IMG/VR virus record: IMGVR_UViG_3300031839_001517 | Direction: 5' to 3' (one strand) | DNA length: 64,000 nt | DNA from: an uncultured virus (IMG/VR IMGVR_UViG_3300031839_001517) | Lineage: Duplodnaviria > Heunggongvirae > Uroviricota > Caudoviricetes | Part shown: piece by piece, positions 59,243 through 64,000 of the stretch | Layout of the letters: each line of letters begins with the position of its first letter | Numbering within the stretch: position 1 is the stretch's first letter | Program-made: the position numbers and the translations under genes | The notes under the pieces: generated by a model | What the model saw: only the letters and a program-made list of their open reading frames with translations | Told to the model about the DNA's origin: nothing | The model's database searches: none

Positions 59243-59550
59243 CAATCGCACTCAGTGTAAATTAGTTCATCATAATCTATCATTACTATTTTACCACAAG
59301 AAGAATAAATTAAAACTTTATTTAGTTCATCTTTTTCATCATCAATCAACCACACCTTTTGTCCGCGACTAATTTTTACAAAAGCTCTTGTTCCGTACTC
59401 TCGACAATACAGTATACCCGAGCCTATTACACCATATTCAGGAACCAAAGGAAGGTCTTCATCCGGCGAACCACCAACCTGCTTTATTACTCGTGCGCAA
59501 AAATCTTTGATTTCTTGTCTATTAAGTGCCACAAAGTAACTATGAAGCAA
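59242..59550 (-). CDS. Hypothetical protein (start uncertain)
   Basis: ~100-aa ORF. Confidence 0.55.
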   Translation of the reverse strand: MLHSYFVALNRQEIKDFCARVIKQVGGSPDEDLPLVPEYGVIGSGILYCREYGTRAFVKISRGQKVWLIDDEKDELNKVLIYSSCGKIVMIDYDELIYTECD

Positions 59551-59621
59551 AATGGCACTTTGATGTTAGAGTTTTTTGACCATTAACAATAACAGTAGTA
59601 TATTGTTTGAACGACCAAAAA

Positions 59622-59948
59622 CTAGAATATTTCTAAAGCCCACGCCATGGCAATACCCATTAAGGTTTGAACACCCATGAACATGGTAACCGCTTTGGTT
59701 CTGAACGTCTTTAACTGCTCGAGTTCAACTAGAGCTTCTCTCAGTTGGGGAGGCGATGCGACATCATCCATTTTTTCTTTCCAAGCTTTTAAGTCTTGGA
59801 CCCTGTCTTCTTTTGCTTTTAACTCAGTCAATTGGCTTTTTACATCTTGCAATTCAGTACGTAAGCCTTCAATGCCACTGGCCATAGTTTCAAGTTGTTG
59901 TAAAACTAACTTTGAGTAGGTTTCCCATCCATTATTTTCATTTGACAT
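59622..59948 (-). CDS. Coiled-coil protein with C-terminal TM helix
   Basis: Heptad run followed by AVTMFMGVQTLMGIAMAWAL; GGAG SD. Confidence 0.65.
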   Translation of the reverse strand: MSNENNGWETYSKLVLQQLETMASGIEGLRTELQDVKSQLTELKAKEDRVQDLKAWKEKMDDVASPPQLREALVELEQLKTFRTKAVTMFMGVQTLMGIAMAWALEIF

Positions 59949-59979
59949 GATTGAATCTCCAACTGTATATAGTTTTCTG

Positions 59980-60678
59980 TCAGCAACTAATCGGTTCTAT
60001 TTTATACTGTCTCTGGGGGTCATCACCAAAACCAACGACTTTGTAAATAAGAAGCTCAAAACCCACGGGTTTGATTTCTTCAATTTGATTGTTGTCACAT
60101 ATTTTTAACATAACATCGTCAATATTCTTCTGTGAATCTTCGTAGTACTCTATTCTATTGATATTCGATTTGCCATCGGGCATTATCTTGTTTTTCATCA
60201 TCGCAATCATCACATCTCCTTTTGATTCACCTTGGGTAGCTATTGGTCTGACTTGTGATGCGTCAACACCAATCTCATCTAGATAATCCATGATAGGGCC
60301 AAGTGAGTTTCCCCGCCGCGCTGTCAAGATATACGTCTTAGAATTTTGAGGAAGATTTTTCATTATGTCTGTGACGATGGTAATTTCATCTGGATCTTTT
60401 ACTATCGAAAAGTCACTCAAATCAATTTCATACCCAAGTTCTTGCAAATCTCTTACCGGGTCAAATGATTCTATACCCTCTTTGGCTGCTGCTTCCTTCA
60501 TATACTCTTCAAACTCTTTCTGGTCACGTAGGGTCGCCGTAGAGCCGTCAGGGGCAGTAACACGTGTTTCTGACCTCGTATGGGCTATTGTTTCATCGAA
60601 GTCAAAAATGCGGAGGGTTGTAACGGGCTCATACTCTTCATTAACGAACTTTCGCCAATTTTCAAGTAGGAGTTTCAT
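59980..60678 (-). CDS. HAD-superfamily phosphatase
   Basis: IFDFDETI, ILTAR, SKG, YYEDSQKN; start reassigned to MKLLLENWRKF at 60678. Confidence 0.8.
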   Translation of the reverse strand: MKLLLENWRKFVNEEYEPVTTLRIFDFDETIAHTRSETRVTAPDGSTATLRDQKEFEEYMKEAAAKEGIESFDPVRDLQELGYEIDLSDFSIVKDPDEITIVTDIMKNLPQNSKTYILTARRGNSLGPIMDYLDEIGVDASQVRPIATQGESKGDVMIAMMKNKIMPDGKSNINRIEYYEDSQKNIDDVMLKICDNNQIEEIKPVGFELLIYKVVGFGDDPQRQYKIEPISC

Positions 60679-61117
60679 AAGTCTTTCCAAATATTTCTCT
60701 GCCGACAACTCCGTAATCGCCGGGACCATATTGTACTAAATAGTCGCCCGGTGCACCTTGAAGCAAATCGTCTGACCAAGATACTTTTACTTGAAATGGT
60801 TCCGACATCTCTTTGGCAAATACCGGTATATTCTTTTTGGAAGCAGTCCCATCGCCCAAATCATCATATGTTTGTGCAAACTTCTCTGCTGGAATAGGCC
60901 ATTGTTCGCCTTCAGTACCGGTCATGATCGCATCGCCGGCTTTAGCGCTAACAGGGCCTTCCTTGGTTTCGATAGTTTCACCAGTCTCAGCATATCTAAA
61001 TTCTAACGGAATAGGTTTCTTGGCAGTCTGGAAGCCGTCTTGCGATAAATCAGGGTTATCATCCAGTCCGATTGTCTCTGTTATAAACTTCCGCCAATTT
61101 TCAAGCAGAAGTTTCAT
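60662..61117 (-). CDS. PGDYG-domain protein
   Basis: ETKEG..AKAGDAIMTGTEGEQWPI and PGDYLVQYGPGDYGVV; N-terminal MKLLLENWRKFITE. Confidence 0.85.
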   Translation of the reverse strand: MKLLLENWRKFITETIGLDDNPDLSQDGFQTAKKPIPLEFRYAETGETIETKEGPVSAKAGDAIMTGTEGEQWPIPAEKFAQTYDDLGDGTASKKNIPVFAKEMSEPFQVKVSWSDDLLQGAPGDYLVQYGPGDYGVVGREIFGKTYETPT

Positions 61118-61356
61118 TTTACTTCCTTCACTGAATCATCCATCATATCATCAAAATCAGTGCGCAACTTAATCATAGGATTAAATTTAGCATGTTTTCG
61201 TTCTAAAAGCAAGGACCCTTGTGGTTTTACTAAGGTTCCGTCAACTTCAACACCTTCAAAGTCAATTTCAGTTTTCTTTTTATAAACAACCTTGGGTTCT
61301 TCTTCATCATTAGCATATGCTGCCCCAGACAACAATAAAAAGATTAAAAACTTCAT
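61114..61356 (-). CDS. cglF: Adventurous-gliding protein CglF/GltF homologue, secreted
   Basis: Signal peptide MKFLIFLLLSGAAYA; VYKKKTEIDFEGVEVDGTLVKPQGS..RK..FNPMIKLRTDF matches the recalled myxobacterial CglF pattern (KT.IDF..V.V.G.L.KP.G....RK...F..LI..R..F). Confidence 0.78.
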   Translation of the reverse strand: MKFLIFLLLSGAAYANDEEEPKVVYKKKTEIDFEGVEVDGTLVKPQGSLLLERKHAKFNPMIKLRTDFDDMMDDSVKEVK

Positions 61357-61685
61357 TTATATTCCTCCGCCAAACCCTCACTTAATAAAAGAGTGTTAAT
61401 GTTGGTTTCACCGATAAATAGTACCCCCAAACATCTTCCGTATTTTCCAACTCCGTGAGACTCTAAAACAAATTCATTGTCAGATTCCCACAGAAGCGCG
61501 ATTAACCTTTCTTCTGCGGCTAACCCTGCTTTTTTCTCTTCGAGGTCTCTAGTGCGTGTTTCTGGCGTGTTAATGCCATATAATCGGATGCGCTTCTTAA
61601 TCCATACATCAAAACCTAAGTCTATAAGCGCATCGATGGTGTCACCATCAATTACCCGTATCAGTTTCGCGTTGTACTTGTACAT
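61353..61685 (-). CDS. Thermonuclease (SNase-like)
   Basis: RVIDGDTID, RIRLYGINTPE, GKYGRCL, LLSEGLA; start MYKY at 61685. Confidence 0.9.
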   Translation of the reverse strand: MYKYNAKLIRVIDGDTIDALIDLGFDVWIKKRIRLYGINTPETRTRDLEEKKAGLAAEERLIALLWESDNEFVLESHGVGKYGRCLGVLFIGETNINTLLLSEGLAEEYK

Positions 61686-61770
61686 TTTCTTTTTTCTCGT
61701 GTTTATCTTGGGTGGTAACAAAAGCAGCAACACTGATGATCACGAATCCTATGATAAATATATCAAACAT
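61648..61770 (-). CDS. Possible small single-TM protein (40 aa), not in the ORF track
   Basis: MFDIFIIGFVIISVAAFVTTQDKHEKKENVQVQRETDTGN; ATG overlaps the upstream TAA. Confidence 0.4.
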   Translation of the reverse strand: MFDIFIIGFVIISVAAFVTTQDKHEKKENVQVQRETDTGN

Positions 61771-62021
61771 TAATTATCGTATACCTTGTCGTTCTTACTT
61801 TTTTCTCTCGCCATCGTTGTTGCTTGTAGCATATCCTCGGCGTCGACTTCCTTAAGTATAAGATTGCCAGTTTTTGGTTCGTAATACATCCCTATTAGGT
61901 CGCCCGTGGACACATTTTTCATTTCTTCTTCTGTGATGGTGATTTTACCACCGTTTTTTTTTACCAACATCGTTAGAATACTAAAAAGATATTCCGGATC
62001 GTTTAAATATTTGTTAGCCAT
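61770..62021 (-). CDS. Hypothetical protein
   Basis: 83 aa, overlapping the upstream stop. Confidence 0.65.
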   Translation of the reverse strand: MANKYLNDPEYLFSILTMLVKKNGGKITITEEEMKNVSTGDLIGMYYEPKTGNLILKEVDAEDMLQATTMAREKSKNDKVYDN

Positions 62022-64000
62022 TTAAAAAGCCCTTCCAAGTTCTCACAAGGCCTTCATTTGTTTGCATCGATGCTGGTTTGCGCGCTTCAACAAACTGAGC
62101 CAGCACTCTTCTATAAACTACATTGAGATTGTCTTCGTCGTCCATTTCGCCTTCTACAAGTTCTTGAAATAGGTTAGCCATAATATCAGGCTCGTCAGCA
62201 TTGATTGAGAATATAGAAGTATATTTAATCTCACCACCAACCTCTACTGTTGTAGCATTCATTTGCAGGTAGTATTGGGTGTTTTGAGCCTTTCTAGGCT
62301 CTTCAAGCAACTGTCTCCTCAATTCAATCTTAAAGTCGCGAGAATCAAGAATCTGAGCCAATACACGGATATCAAGACCAAACTCCTCTGGATCATAGTA
62401 GAAGGAATGTCTTGCTGTGGTTTCGTATGAGTCGTAGTACTCGCCGTCAGTTTCAACGTCCCATTCGTATGAGGATACCATGCCGTCCTCAATAGCGGTT
62501 GCTAGCTGGATGTAAGTGCCGCCTTCCATCTGACCTTCACGCTTAAAGTATGTGGTGAGCACTTCTTCAAAAGTATCTCTTCTGTCGTCAATAACAGAAT
62601 CAATTTTTTGAAGTGCCTCTCGGTATTCATCAGGTAGGGCCATGTATGAGTTGCCGTAAATGCTTGGATGCTCAAAATTAACCTGTATAGATAAATGTAC
62701 TTCTTCTCGAATACGACGGATTGTAGGAGTATCAACATCAGACGGGTAAAATATATCACCAAATATTTCATTTAGCTCATCAACTGAATTCCATACAACT
62801 TCTTCTGCGTTGCTCGGCAGTCTTTTCCAATCGCTCACATCCCATTTGGCGACAAATGCTGCAAAAGGTTTAATATAAGCACTGTCGCCACCATCATCAC
62901 CAACTTCGTAGTCGGTGTATGTCTGAGCCATTCTGTTGTTGTAATCAATCCTTATATCTTCACATTCACCTTCGTATTGTGCGATAATATCACCAACTAA
63001 GTTGGCATCAAGACTATCTTCGGTGTCTGTGTTTTGCTTCATACTACCTTCGACTTCTACATCGGGCCCTAAAAGTTGACGCATCAAACTAAGGCGCCCA
63101 GCAGTTCCAGCAGTGTCTTCATATGAGCCACCAAAAATCATAAATTTGCTTAAATCAATTTTACCATCTTCTTTGGGCATGTTTTGGATGACTTCTTCTT
63201 GGTTTGATCTTGCCCAGTCAGTAACTTGATTGGCTAAACCGGGGATATCCGCACCATACACTCGTTTTTCAGGCATTCCAACGTCTTGCCCATCATCATA
63301 GCGCTTTGGAGGTTCATCACCTTCATAATATCTGACATGTCGGATACGTGTGCGAGAAATTGGCTCAATATCACCGGTAAATGGACGTTTATCGTCAGCA
63401 AATATCTCGCCTTCTTGGATTTCTTGCTCTGCACTATCAATATTGCCCGTGTTAGTAGCGCTCAGAAGGTCTTCTGTCTCTACCACATAGGCAACCGCCC
63501 CGTGCCCCTGAGCCTCGGCTACAGCGCATTTATAGTACGATTGATAAGCATTTGCACGACTAGCAGGAGAGTGGCAAGAGGTAATATCGTCAAAATCGCT
63601 CATTCTTAGCACATCTATCGGATGTCGAGTGATAATAATGGAAAATTTGTCACTATCAAGTTCATTAATGTTATTTTTGATGTATGCGGCGTTCTGTTTC
63701 CAATATTCACCGTATTTTGTAGCTAAATCTTCTAAATCATAACCAGCGGGTCCAGCCACACCAGGAGCGGGGATATATAAGAGGATTTGTTGACTTATAC
63801 GCCTATAATCTTCATTTTTTTGAAATTCTGGGTCATTTTTGGCTATTTCTTTCTTTTTTCTTGCTAAATCTGCTATTTTGACAAACAGTTTGCCAATTTT
63901 CATCTGAAACTTCTTAATTTTCTTCTTTTGTGGGCTACCAGTAAGAGAAGCAATGAAATCTTCAACCTTTGTTACTTCTCTGGTCGCAGAAACCATACCT
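62014..64000 (-). CDS. Large acidic hypothetical protein (>=660 aa, probably 5'-truncated)
   Basis: Frame stays open to the window edge; RHPIDVLRMSD..SCHS motif; ends NEGLVRTWKGFLNG. Confidence 0.7.
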   Translation of the reverse strand, partial: GMVSATREVTKVEDFIASLTGSPQKKKIKKFQMKIGKLFVKIADLARKKKEIAKNDPEFQKNEDYRRISQQILLYIPAPGVAGPAGYDLEDLATKYGEYWKQNAAYIKNNINELDSDKFSIIITRHPIDVLRMSDFDDITSCHSPASRANAYQSYYKCAVAEAQGHGAVAYVVETEDLLSATNTGNIDSAEQEIQEGEIFADDKRPFTGDIEPISRTRIRHVRYYEGDEPPKRYDDGQDVGMPEKRVYGADIPGLANQVTDWARSNQEEVIQNMPKEDGKIDLSKFMIFGGSYEDTAGTAGRLSLMRQLLGPDVEVEGSMKQNTDTEDSLDANLVGDIIAQYEGECEDIRIDYNNRMAQTYTDYEVGDDGGDSAYIKPFAAFVAKWDVSDWKRLPSNAEEVVWNSVDELNEIFGDIFYPSDVDTPTIRRIREEVHLSIQVNFEHPSIYGNSYMALPDEYREALQKIDSVIDDRRDTFEEVLTTYFKREGQMEGGTYIQLATAIEDGMVSSYEWDVETDGEYYDSYETTARHSFYYDPEEFGLDIRVLAQILDSRDFKIELRRQLLEEPRKAQNTQYYLQMNATTVEVGGEIKYTSIFSINADEPDIMANLFQELVEGEMDDEDNLNVVYRRVLAQFVEARKPASMQTNEGLVRTWKGFLNG

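Noticed and set aside
60636..61117. DNA direct repeat or mobile-element ends at the two MKLLLENWRKF starts
   Set aside because: The copies differ at synonymous positions, so conservation is at the peptide level; no transposase or target-site duplication
221..63609. Plus-strand ORFs and short nested minus-strand ORFs in the track
   Set aside because: Antisense or off-frame shadows of long minus-strand genes with no recognisable motifs

Overview
This window is a 64-kb piece of a large T4-like/'jumbo' myovirus genome (roughly 40% GC by eye), with every credible gene on the minus strand and many tight start/stop overlaps. Left part (1-23.5 kb): tail and baseplate module. It includes a giant LamG-containing virion ORF of at least 3596 aa that the ORF track missed because it runs off the left edge, plus gp6/J-like and gp25-like wedge proteins, a 2233-aa membrane-spanning protein, a spike-like protein and an M15 peptidase. 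A gp55-like late sigma factor follows. Middle (25.5-45 kb): a ~20-gene glycosylation island with GDP-fucose, nonulosonic-acid and branched 3,6-dideoxy-sugar pathways, a GT29 sialyltransferase-like enzyme and six further glycosyltransferases, but no flippase or polymerase. Right part: a Cas4/RecB-like nuclease, PIN-PhoH, an atypical tRNA-Asn with an adjacent structured RNA, an HNH nuclease, a eukaryote-type phosphomannomutase, a complete tmRNA (tag ANNNLHFEQRLAA), a TlpA lipoprotein, and acidic proteins with a shared 'MKLLLENWRKF..E'-type peptide that may target them to the head. A homologue of the myxobacterial gliding protein CglF/GltF suggests a Myxococcota/Bdellovibrionota host. Best candidate for a new system: phage-encoded virion glycosylation/sialylation, possibly on [S/T]-G-S motifs enriched in the structural proteins. 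All family assignments come from motif recognition by eye; no database searches were run.
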